From Fonticula alba ATCC 38817 (lineage: Eukaryota > Protista > Nucleariida), in NCBI GenBank assembly GCA_000388065.2, contig KB932208.1: 64,000 nucleotides of DNA. One strand, 5' to 3'. The notes beneath the pieces are model-generated. The model saw nothing but the letters and a program-made list of their open reading frames with translations, was not told the origin of the DNA and ran no database searches. The position numbers were made by a program, and so were the translations under genes. The stretch's first letter is position 1, and each line of letters begins with the position of its first letter. Of the stretch, positions 12,274 to 29,499 are shown piece by piece.

Positions 12274-14892
12274 TGACAGGCTCAGAGTGGGCGAGGAGTC
12301 CCCCAGCTCCGAGGTGATGGAGAAGCTGCTCAGAGGGTCGGAGCCAAAGTCGACATCGCCGGCTGCCGGCTGCGACGCCTGAGCATGACGCTGGAGGTGG
12401 GGAGGGAGACCCGGAGGAGCGGCGTGGGATTCAGCCAGTTGGGCACTCCCACGGAAATCGGACATAGGCGAAGGCGGCGAGCTGAGTACCGACGCGGCCG
12501 CCGGGGGGAGGGCCCCATTCGAGGTCGACTTTGGGTGCTGAGCCGCCGACGCCCACATGCCAACTTGGCCGGGGGGCAGGTCCGCCGCCTGGGAGGGGGC
12601 GGCCTGGCGAAGGGCAGCCACCTCGGAGACAACACCCAGCACCGGTGAGCTGGCTGGCAGGGACCCGGGGCTACTTTCGTCCAAGGCCCCCGGGCCAGAC
12701 GCCGCCCGTCGGATGTGCACCGACGGGGCGTCGGCCATGACCAGCACCGTGTCCAGCACGCGCACCGGGCCGTCCGAGCCACTGGACGCCGATGACGACG
12801 CCGAGCACAAGAAGGCTGCAGAGGGATCGCTTTCACGGCTGCTCGGAGCCTCGGGCGCCGGGCTGTCCACGGAAATGTCTGATGAGCTGCCAAGTGGGGC
12901 GGCTTCCGGTCCGGCGCCAGCGGCGAGGGCCTCGGGTGATCCAGCCAACAGAAGGGGGACCTAAAAGGAGGGAATTCACGCGCGATGGAGAAGTGTGGGC
13001 AGGCAGGGAGAAGGTGGTCAGCGGCGAAGGCACACAGGCGTGGGCGGGGAGGGGGGGGGAGGGGGGGGGAGGGCCCAATAGCCAGCCAAAAGAGACGCAC
13101 AGGAGCCTTGTCCAGACTCGGGGAGGTATCGTGGTCAAGGAAGACACGGTTCAGGACAACCCACTCATCGTGGCTGGAGGGGCATGAATGTGAGGGCACA
13201 GTGCAGGAGAGGGTCAGACAGGCACATGGAGAGCAGACAGAACAACGGACAGCCGGCCAGACATACCGTGAATTCCAGCCACGATAGTGCACCAAGTAGA
13301 ACCGGGTTGCCGGATCGGCTGGGTCGCTGACTGGCAGGGCAGCCGCCGGATCCGCGGCCACCGCCGTGGTCGTCAGGACCCCGTCCTCGTCAGGCAGCGC
13401 GACCAGAAGTGGGGCTGAGTACCGGCAAGACCCACTCTCCCCGCCCCAGGAGAGCGGCTGGACAATGCTCCGCCGAACAACCGACCGGTAGGCCATTTTG
13501 TCACCGTGGCTAACAAGAACCGAGTCGCCGGGCTCAAACAGGCGCTGGAAGCCCACGGGAGTGGGCGTGATAGCGCAAGGCAGATCACCTGTGCAGGGAT
13601 AAATCGAAGAAGCCATGTACGACCCGGAGGCGGAGGGGAGGAGGGGGGGGGGGGAAGAAAAAAGCCCGCAAGAGGGCGAGGGCGGGAATTAGCTGCGGCC
13701 GACCAAAGGACAGTAACCGGGCAAAGGAAAGGGGCGCGCAGGGGGAAAGAAACACGAGGCGACGCACTCTGGACAAAGGTCCGGGCATACGAAGACGGCC
13801 CAGGCGAGACGCTCGAAGGCCACGGGGCATCCAAGGCAGAGTCGGGGTCAGCGGTCGAACACCAGGCCGGGAGGCCGGCAGACGACGAGGATGTGCGTCG
13901 GCGTTTGACCGGGGTCACGGGAGCGGGGGGCACACGCCCTTGAGTCCCTTTCGGCCGCTGAGAAGAAGATGCCCCGGCGCGGGAAGGAGTGCCAGCTAGG
14001 GCCGTCGCGGTTTTCCCCGCTCGGGAGACACCCGCCGCAGCAGAGGCAGGAGCGGCACCCGAAGTGCGAGTGGCGGAGGGAGTGGCCCGGGCCGATCGCG
14101 CGGAGGCGGTCATTGGAGTCGAGTTCGTCGGAGGATCGGTCCCGATGAATCTCGGCAATTTGACGATAATTGAGGGCCCAAGAGCCGATTCCAGCCAGCT
14201 GGGCAGAGCAGTGGAGGTTGTGGCCTGGCTGGCGGGGGCCTGGCTGGCGGGGGCCCGGCGAGTCGACTCGGCAGCTGGGCCGGCCTTAGCGGGGGCTGCC
14301 TGGTAGGGGCACATTTGTGAGCTATAAGGGTTCCATCGTGGCCAGCGGAAGTGCCTCGGGAGGGTGCCGGTGGCCAGGTATTGCAACGCTCGACGAAGGC
14401 CGAGGGACCCACGGAAGGAGATGCGAGTCAGCTGGCTGGCCAGCATTGGCAGGGCCGACAGCGAGGGCAGACAATCCTCCGGCGCAAAGAGGGCACGCTG
14501 CTCCGGGTCCCCGGATGCATGTGCCAGCTCGGCCGCACTTGGGTAATACCGGTTGAGGAGTGTACGTAGGGGCTCCTGTCCGGGAATCAATCGAGCCGTG
14601 TGGGCCATCTGCACCACCGAGTAGGAAAGATCCTCGAAATACCGGACGACCACCTCCCCCGGGCCGGGTCGGGCAAACATAGATGGATCCATCTCGTCAT
14701 AGGGCACCGTCTGCGGGGAGGGAGCGAGGAGGGGCAAGCCGCCAGGTGAGAAAGGGCAAGGGCAAGGGAGGCACAGGGCATCGCCGGGGGGAGGCGGGGG
14801 GGGGGGGGGGGCGGAGCGCACCATGGCCGGCCACCAGAAGGTGTCTTTGTCTTCGAGAGGATCAACCAAAACGACAACACGCTCCAGATGAG
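12154..14892 (-). CDS. PWWP-like domain plus chromo-barrel (Tudor-knot) domain segment, probably the 3' part of the set9 gene
   Basis: Exons give VVVLVDPLEDKDTFWWPAM|TVPYDEMDPSM..VVVRYFEDLSYSVV (PWWP/RBB1NT type) and FEPGDSVLVSHGDKMAYRSVV...FYLVHYRGWNSR|HDEWV (Eaf3/MRG15/ARID4-type chromo barrel). There is no in-frame ATG at the start of the PWWP exon (acceptor at 14893). Confidence 0.8.
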
Positions 14893-15006
14893 CTGCGTGT
14901 GCATGGTGATGCCCAGGGGTACATGGGGAAGAGGAATTGGGGGGAAGGGGAGGAGGTGAGTGAAGGAGGGAGAGAGAGATGGGTGAAATGAGAAAGAAAC
15001 GGAGAA

Positions 15007-15041
<35 letters not shown>

Positions 15042-17303
15042 GAGAGAGAGGGAGAGAGAGAGAGAGAGAGGGAGAGAGAGAGAAAGAGAGAAACAGAGAC
15101 AGAACCATGTGACGGATTCAACGCACGATGTCTGATGCGGCCAGAGGGCGGGAGGGGAAGAACCAAGAGGGAGGTAGATGCACATCAGGCCGGGTCAGCA
15201 TAAGTGGGCCAGCCGCGGCTTCGGAGGGGAAAGAGGAAACAGGCGGGAAAGACGTACACAACACGGAAGCCCTTCAGGGGGAGCAGGGCACTCGGCCGAG
15301 ACACAGGGTACGGACTGCAGAACAACTGGACAAATAGCTGCAGCTCGCTCTTGACGGCTTGCAGCGATCCGGGCTCCGGCGTGTGGTTCCGGTTCCGGCC
15401 ATTCGCGCCGGGCCCACGGACGTTGGTCTTGATGGCAGCAAAGCGCCTCACCCGGGACATGGCCTCAAGAGCCCGCTGGCAGAGAGATGGATCCGATTGG
15501 AGGAGATGCAGCGAAAGCCCTGGCAAAAAACTGGCCCGAAGCGATGTCCCCGGGAAAAGCCCGAGTTGCAGGGAGGCCGCACTCAACTCCGACTGGCCAT
15601 ACTGGAACTGAGCGGTGAGCCCGGTGGAGTCAACCACCGACACGAAGAGCCCAGGCCCGGCGCTTGGGCCAGACCCCGGCCCTGGGGGGGTGACAATGCC
15701 GCTGACAGTGCCCAACTCGCCTGGACACCCACTAGGCCCATAGCCACCGGGGACTGTGTCGGACTCCCCATTCGATTGCGCGCCTGACAGGGAGCTGCAT
15801 GGAGCATTCGCAGCGGGCTGACCATGGGGACCAGCCGAAGAGGAGAACCGCAAGGTCCGGGCGGGGGGCCGGGGGGNNNNNNNNNNNNNNNNNNNNNNNC
15901 CCCCCGCCCCCCGGGCGGGGCGGGGGGGGGGGGGGGGGGGGTAACATTAGTGTGCGACGCGGAGAGGAAGAGCAATGGACCTCGATAGATGCCATCGCCA
16001 AGGAGGGCGGGGAGAGACAGCAAGAAGGAGTGTACGAGGAGGACATACTCGGCGACGCTTCAGGATGCGAGTGGGCCAGTGATGACCAAAGATCGACAAG
16101 TGTACCACACACGACCGGCACAAATCCCAGGGGATCGTGGAGTTGCTGATGGGCACGTAGGACAGCGGGTCATCCGGGTTGGTGGGGTTGCCACTGGGCA
16201 GTCCATTGTCAGCCGGTATAGGCTGAGCCGGGTAGAAGTCCTCCGAGGTCCAGGTGAAGCTGGTGGTATCAACCTTGCAGCCGCAGTCGCGGCACTGAGA
16301 TTGGTGTCAGACAAGCCAAGAGCGAAGTGGGCAAGGAGAAGGAGGCCGGCAGAGTGGGCGGCCAGGATGAAAAGACCCTCGCACCGAGAGCTCAAGGGGG
16401 TTTGCCGGGCTGACTGTGGCCGGGGTCGCGATGGGGGGTGTGCGCCGCCCGGAGGCGGCGGGGCCTCGCTTGGCGTTGCCGGACAAGGCCATCGAGGAGG
16501 AAGAGGAGGAGGCGGTGGGGCCGTCGACCACCATCCCGGCGTCAGACGCCAAGGCCGGGGGTGGGGGTGATCCGGAGGTGCCGGAGTGCGGGGTGACTGC
16601 ATGACTTCCGGCATCCCGGGGATTGGGCCCGCCAAGGAACACCTCGGCCGGACTGCTGCCCCCAGTGTCGGAGCCGGACGCCGAGTCGGCCGAGGTCGTG
16701 ACGGCCGGCACCGGCGACGTCGCCTCGGGCATGGCCTGCACCGCGGATAACCCACCCGACGATGTGGGACTGGTTGTCTCGGTGGCCTCGGCCGTCTCGC
16801 AGAAGGGCGAGTAGAAGTGGAAATACTGTGCCGAAGCCAGGGCTGACGAGGAAGACAGGTCGCAGGCCACTCGCGAGGCATGGGTTTTGGCCTCTTCACG
16901 ATGCACTGAGATTGAGAGGACGAGGAGGGGGAGAGGGGGGGGGGACAGCCGGCAGGAGGACACCGGATTCGCCATGGTGTGAGTCGCAGGGGAATGCATC
17001 AGGGCCGGGCGGGGAAGGCGACGGTGCTGACCGCCAAGGCCGCACCATATTGTGGACGCTGGCGCTGGGGCCGGGTTGGCCGGGCGCGAGCGGGTGGCTC
17101 GGCCGGCCTGTCATCCACATCCGTGAGAACGAGGTCGGCCGGGGCGGGTGCCTCCAAGTCGGAGGCCGCTCGCGGGGACTCTGCACGTGCGGCCGGACGC
17201 TGGGCTGCTGTGGAAGAGAAAAGGTAGGAAGTCAGGGATTGGCCAAGTGAGGCGGCAATCAGGAGGAGCACGTACACTTTGAGAAGGCTCCCTTCTGCTC
17301 GCT

Positions 17304-17379
<76 letters not shown>

Positions 17380-18209
17380 CAACCAAATCGCGGGATGACC
17401 ATGAGACAGAGGTGCGGTCAGCAGGGGCACACCACCAAGCCGCCGGGGTGCAGGTGAGGGGAGAGAAACTCCGCAGGAAAGAGAGATCGTACCTTTCGCA
17501 CGTTTCACACTCGCACTCGATATTACCTGGGCCAAAGTAGTCGGCTCCATAGAAGACGGTGATCTCTTCGCACGGGCCGATACTGCGCAGGGCCATAAAA
17601 CAAACTCCATGCTGACCTGAGGGGATGAACTATGTGCAAGAGTCAGCTGCTCGGGGTCATCTGTGGGAGCCGGTGCAAATGCATGATGGAAATGGAGGGC
17701 GAGCGGGGGNNNNNNNNNNNNNNNNNNNNNNNNNNNNNNNNNGGGGAGGGGAGACAGAGGGAGATGTGGAGGAGGAGGAGCAGGAGGAGGCGGAGGACGA
17801 ATTGGGAAACACACCCGGCAGTTGGGGTTGCAGTCGTGGTTGACAAAGCGTGCGGGTCCGAGGAACAGGCAGTTTGCGCCCTTGCTGGTACTGAACATGA
17901 CCGAGAAGTCTCGCTGGTCGCTGTCCGTCAGACGGCGCTCCTCCTGGGTGGTCAGCCGGGCGACATACCCAGCACAGAGGAGGATCTGATCCCCAGGGTT
18001 CCAGGACTTGATCGACCGGACGCAAACCTCCTGCTTGCCGGAGCGATAGCGATCCGTGACGGCCACCTCGAAGCCGGCCGTCGGGAGGAACATGCTGAGG
18101 TAGCGCTTCATGTGACTGGCGGGGGGGTCGTGGGGGAGTAGGTGGATCGGCCTCCGGCGACCACCAGCTGGCAGATGGCCGTGTGGGGAAGGGGCGAGGG
18201 AGGGCGAGG

Positions 18210-18240
<31 letters not shown>

Positions 18241-18640
18241 CGATGGACAAGGGGGAGGTTGTGCCGAGGAAGGAGCGGGGGACATACTCCTTGAAGCCAA
18301 TGCGGTCCTCCGGCGCCAAGCGCTGCCAGAAGGGTTGAGCGAGCTTTTCCGGGCCGGAGAGGATCTCAAGGTCCATTGGCGAGGCCAGGGCCGGGTTGGT
18401 TTCCTGGCCGAATTGCTCGGCCTCGACACCGAGAATCAACTCGTAGAAGGCTCGCTCCAGGTCCCGGTGGAGGACCAGACGGCGGACCACGGCGATGGCC
18501 CGGACTCGATCGACCGTCTTCGACCGGTACCGGGGGCTGGCTTTGTGCACGGAAATGCCGAGCAGCGGATCGGTCAGCAGGTTGTTGCACAGGTCATCAT
18601 AGGCGACCAGCTGCCGGAAGGTGAGCTCCGGCCGGGACAT
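12154..18640 (-). CDS. set9: Histone H4K20 methyltransferase Set9/Suv4-20, with Cys/His-rich region and probable in-frame C-terminal PWWP and chromo-barrel domains; 3' end lost in gap 11809-12153
   Basis: ATG 18640 (MSRPELTFRQLVAYDDLCNNLLTD). Exons 18640-18288, 18115-17815, 17629-17493 and 17301-17276 give HMKRYL..RDFSVMFST..LFLGPARFVNHDCNPNCRF..GEEITVFYGADYFGPGNIECECETCE, diagnostic of Set9/Suv4-20. Later exons give CRDCGC...CRSCVVHLSIFGHHWPTR, resembling the fungal Set9 C-terminal motif. SET identity is high confidence; continuity into the PWWP part is moderate. Confidence 0.85.
17304..17377. repeat. Poly-G/poly-C homopolymer (~74 nt) inside a set9 intron
   Basis: Read directly; lies immediately before the acceptor of the 26-nt exon. 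Confidence 0.85.
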
Positions 18641-21411
18641 GGCTGGCCAGGGAGGAAGGGCCGATCCGCGTTCCGGCGGATCGCACGAGGGGGAGGGAGA
18701 AGGAGGAGGAGAAGGAAGAGGGAAAGGGCGGGGAGGGGGGGGGGGGGGNNNNNNNNNNNNNNNNNNNNNNNNNNNNNNNNNNNNNNNNNNNNNNNNNNNN
18801 NNNNNNNNNNNNNNNNNNNNNNNNNNNNNNNNNNNNNNNNNNNNNNNNNNNNNNNNNNNNNNNNNNNNNNNNNNNNNNNNNNNNNNNNNNNNNNNNNNNN
18901 NNNNNNNNNNNNNNNNNNNNNNNNNNNNNNNNNNNNNNNNNNNNNNNNNNNNNNNNNNNNNNNNNNNNNNNNNNNNNNNNNNNNNNNNNNNNNNNNNNNN
19001 NNNNNNNNNNNNNNNNNNNNNNNNNNNNNNNNNNNNNNNNNNNNNNNNNNNNNNNNNNNNNNNNNNNNNNNNNNNNNNNNNNNNNNNNNNNNNNNNNNNN
19101 NNNNNNNNNNNNNNNNNNNNNNNNNNNNNNNNNNNNNNNNNNNNNNNNNNNNNNNNNNNNNNNNNNNNNNNNNNNNNNNNNNNNNNNNNNNNNNNNNNNN
19201 NNNNNNNNNNNNNNNNNNNNNNNNNNNNNNNNNNNNNNNNNNNNNNNNNNNNNNNNNNNNNNNNNNNNNNNNNNNNNNNNNNNNNNNNNNNNNNNNNNNN
19301 NNNNNNNNNNNNNNNNNNNNNNNNNNNNNNNNNNNNNNNNNNNNNNNNNNNNNNNNNNNNNNNNNNNNNNNNNNNNNNNNNNNNNNNNNNNNNNNNNNNN
19401 NNNNNNNNNNNNNNNNNNNNNNNNNNNNNNNNNNNNNNNNNNNNNNNNNNNNNNNNNNNNNNNNNNNNNNNNNNNNNNNNNNNNNNNNNNNNNNNNNNNN
19501 NNNNNNNNNNNNNNNNNNNNNNNNNNNNNNNNNNNNNNNNGGGGGGGCCGGTGTCGGGTCCACGCGACAACCTGCCCCTCGTTCGCGTCAGCAAGGTACC
19601 CCCCCCCCCCCCCCCCCCCTCCCTCTTTCGGCCCCCCCCCCCCCCCCCCCCCCCCCCCAGCCCCGGCTCGCTCGCCTTCCTTCTCCTTCGCTTCCAAGAC
19701 TGGGCCGCCTGCCCCGGCCCTGCTCCCCGCCTTAGCCGGCCGGTTCCACCCTCTCCCGTCTGGCCACTGGCCCGTAGCCCTGGTCCCCCGATGCGCGCGC
19801 GCGAGCGGTGGCCGCCGTTCCCACCGCGCCCGGTGAGCAATTAAACAGCCAGTTCAACAGAGGGGAGCGGGCCACTCCTCCCCAGCATGATATATCCCTC
19901 GCCCGCCCAAAGGGAGGGAGGGGCCACCCCCCATCATTAGATCGACCGGAATAGCGAGGCCCCCCCCCCCCCCCCCCTGGAGGCCGTCCGCCCGGCCGCG
20001 GTCTCCGGGGGCATGCTTACACACGGACGCACCCCGCGCGCCGGCACGCAGGCGCTGCCGGGCGCATTCGCGCGCCTCCACGCGCGGGCGGCCCAGCCAG
20101 CCGGCCAGTAACGCGCGCGCTTAGACGGCCTCCGGGCCCCAAGGCCCGCCTTGTCCCGCCTTTTGAGTTCCCAATTCATGACCCCCCGCGTCAGGTGCAG
20201 CCGGCCGGGTCGGAGGCTGCTGACCCTGCGCGCCGGCGGACCCTGCGCCGCGGTGTGCCGGGATCCCCCCCCCCCCTCTGCCGGAAAGCGCCCGCTGCTC
20301 GGGCGGGAGGCGCCAAGATGGCACCGCGCCCGTGCCGCCGCCCTCGTCCACACTCCCGCCCGCCCGAGGGGGCCTGGCACACAGATGACCCACTCTCGCG
20401 GAGCCGCCAGTCTGCCCTCCGACGTTTCGCTCCCGCACCCCCCCCCGCCCCCGGGCGCCTCGGGACACAGGGCCGAAGCACGGCAGGCAGCCAAGCCCGG
20501 CCAGCCTCCGGCGTCTTCCCCCGTCGTTCCCCGCCCTCGTCCCCCCCCCCCCCGGTCCTCTGGCCGCGTACTCATGGCGGGAACGCATGCGTGACCGCGG
20601 CGTGACCATGGTGATGGAGATCCGCCCGCCCGTTCGCCAAGCATCGCGAGACACGCCCGGGGGGGGGGCGGCCCTTTTTCGTGGACGCTCCTCCTGGCAG
20701 GCCTTGGTTGATGCTGGTGTCCGGCCGATCTTCCTCCTGGCAGTGCTCGCTGAGCGGGTGCGGCCCCTTCCTCGCCGCCGGTGAGGCGCGCGGTGCCCCA
20801 ACTTAAGCACGAATCCGCGTCCACCACCTCCCCACAACCAGCCGGTCAAGTAGGGACAATCTGGTCGGGAATGGCGCCCCAGATGCGTAATCGAGTCAGA
20901 CAGAACCGCATTACACGGTTAAATGTACACCCATGTTAAGTTTCCGGTCCCAGCGGCCGGAGGTGCCCCCCCCCCCCCCGCCCGCCCGTCCGGTCGTCCA
21001 AACAGGCGCCAGCCCCTCGGGCGGGGGAGGGCGGGGGAGGGCGGGAGGGAGAAGGTGGGAAAGCATCTTCATGCAGCATCCTGCCCACCCCCCGCATGCC
21101 AGCCCTTCGCCGAAAGGTGACCACGAAGCCGCCAGATCATTCCCCACCCAAAGGGGGTCGTGCTCCGGGCTGGGGTCCTCGATCGCGTCCATCGAAGAAC
21201 GCGAGCCCCTTCAAGAACCGGTGCCCTGGTTCACGTCGCGCCAGGCGGCCCCCATCCTGTTCGCCGACGCTCGTTCCTCCCCCCCCCCCTTTGCCCTTTG
21301 TCGCGACCTCTTTCCCTCTTCCTTCGCTCTTCCCCCCTCCCCTCCCCTCTCTCCCTCTATCGCACCCCTCCGCCCCACGCCTCGACAGCCTTCGGAAAGC
21401 ACACCAGGACC

Positions 21412-22952
21412 ATGCTCAGCGGCGGGCCCTTCTCCACGCTTGTTCGGAGATCCTTCTCCACCTTCCGTCCGCCTGGCAAGCGGCCGAACTTCCTCAATTC
21501 CGATCGCTCGCGCCGCGTCGCCGAGGCCGCCAGCAAGCCGCTCTATGCCAACCAGTCGGCCTCGGCCTCCGGCCAGGGGACCTCCTCGTCGCAGACCCCC
21601 GACAGCAACCCCTCCGCGCACTACACCCCGTCATACATGCCCCCGGAGACTCCCTTCTCTTCCTCTTCTTCCTCTTCCTCCTCCTCCTCCTCCTCCTCCT
21701 CCTCCTCCTCCTACTCCTCCTCCTCCTCCTCCAGCGCCGCGGCGGGCCACGCCTCGACTTCCAGCTCCTACGAGGCCGGGGTTTCCGGTGCGCCGCCCGT
21801 CACCTGGCCCGGTGCTGAATCTACCCCTCTCGATATGGCGCGCTTCATGCTGAATATGCCGTATGTGATCCTGCGCCGTCCCATGCGCTGGTCCAACCTC
21901 CTGCTGGACATCGATGTGGCCTTCAAGTACTCGATGGACACGCCGCGCGCCCACACCGACCCGGCCTTCGTGCAGGTCCCCGGCGCTCCGACCGAGCTGA
22001 CCCCCCTCGGCGAGGCCATCGAGATGAGCAACGGCCTGAAGGGCTTCCTCCAGCGGACCCTCCTCAAGCGTCGCCACTGGTCACACATCCGTGTGCAGGA
22101 CTTCTACGGGCGCGATCTATTTGTCATTCGGCGGCAGCCCTTCCTGGTGAACTCCGTCACCCGGATCTATGACCCCTCTGAGACCATGCTTCTGGGCGAG
22201 GTCCGCCAGGTGTGGCACCTGCTCAGCCGCAAGTATGATCTCTATGCCGAGTGCGTCGGTCCTTCGCTCTGACCTCCGGGACCCCTGCCTGGGTCTCTCC
22301 TCGTCGCCGTCTTTCGCCCTCTCTTTTTCCTGACAACTCATCTTGGCACCCTCCCCTTGGTCTCTCCCTCGCCCCTGGGTCTCTCCCTCGCCCCTGGGTC
22401 TCTCCCTCGCCCCTGGGTCTCTCCCTCGCCCCCGGGTCTCTCCCTCCTCCCCGCCCCCCCCCCCCGCCCCCCCGCTTAGCGGCGAGCGTTTCGCCCATAC
22501 CGATGGTGGCATTTTGGCTTGGACCTATCCGGTCCAATCGACTACAGATGGCCAGCTGATGACCGTCACCCAGCGTGTTTTCACGGCGCTGGCGCGCGAG
22601 GTTCGGCCGCCCCTCTTTTCCTTGCCCCTTCCACTTCCTCTCATCCCCTCTATCGGTGTCTTCTGCCCTCCCTCCGACGGACATGTGTCCTTCCCTATTC
22701 CCATGCTGACCTCGCCTCCCCTGTCTCACCCTCCCCCCCCCCCCCCCCCACCCCCGGTCACACCGCACTGGCAATCAATAGCTGTTCGTTGACCAGAGTG
22801 TCTTCGTGGTGGGGATGGACGCCCAGCCGCCGAACTGGCCGGGGCCGCCCAATGCCTCCCAGCGGTTGGGTGTCGTGCCGGAGAAATACCGGCCCGCCCT
22901 GCTCGCTCTGGCCTTCGCCATTGACATCGACTATTTTGCTTTCCGGCATTAG
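21412..22952 (+). CDS. AIM25: Phospholipid scramblase family protein, mitochondrial Aim25-like (3 exons)
   Basis: Presequence-like N-terminus MLSGGPFSTLVRRSFSTF and a poly-Ser tract. Then LGEAIEMSNGLKGFLQRTLLKRRH, DLFVIRRQPFLVNS, LLGEVRQVWHLLSRKYDLY, FAHTDGGILAWTY and RPALLALAFAIDIDYF, matching the Scramblase/Aim25 pattern. Stop TAG at 22950-22952. Confidence 0.85.
22358..22447. repeat. 19-bp minisatellite (GGTCTCTCCCTCGCCCCTG), about 4-5 copies, in an AIM25 intron
   Basis: Read directly. Confidence 0.85.
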
Positions 22953-23349
22953 AGCCACCAACAGCCATGCCATGTATCTGCACACGCGCGTGCATCCCGT
23001 TGCTGTTGTCCCCGTGTCCCATACACGCAGGTGGAGGCAGACCCACCCAAGTCCCAGTCTATGCGAGCGTCTATTTAGTGTGTGGGTGTGTGGGTGTGTG
23101 GGTGTGAAAAAATGGGAGACAGAGGGAGGGGGAGAAAGAGGTAGAGAGGGGGCGGGGGGAGGAGCAGAAGGAGACAGGGAGATAGAGGGGAAAAGGGGGG
23201 GGGGGGAGGGACACAGTGCCGCATGCAGCCGGGCGGGCCAGCAACTTCTATTCACAGGCGTGGCTACCTCTCGTCCCTCCTTTCGGAGCTGGGGCTCCTT
23301 GGCTCTGCCATCTCTCGGTGGCGGCTGGAGGCCGCGCCGCCTGTCTCCT

Positions 23350-29102
<5,753 letters not shown>

Positions 29103-29499
29103 GCGGATCCCATGTGCTGGTGGCCGGCCGGAGGCGCGGGCGAGGGGGATCCCGGCCTAGCCAGATGGCGGCGGCGGCGGCGGCGGCGGCGGCCCGAACA
29201 TTTCTTTTTGGGGGTTGGTGGGGGGGGGGGGTCCCCCGGTTCCGGGCGCGGCGGTGGCAGGGGCTCGCGGCCGGCGACCCTATTCATCAGTCCGCGCGTG
29301 TCTGGAGCTCCGCTCCTCGCAGCGTGGAGCGAAAAGGGCAATCACCCTCTCGACCTTGATCTCGATTGCCGGTGGAAGCTTTCGCCCCTCTTCTCCCCTT
29401 GTTGCTTGCCCTCCCCCCCCCCTCCCCCTTTCCGCGCCCGCCGTCGTCCTTTCCCCCGGATCCCCCCCTCCCTCCCTAACGGCCCACCTTGCGTCGGAC

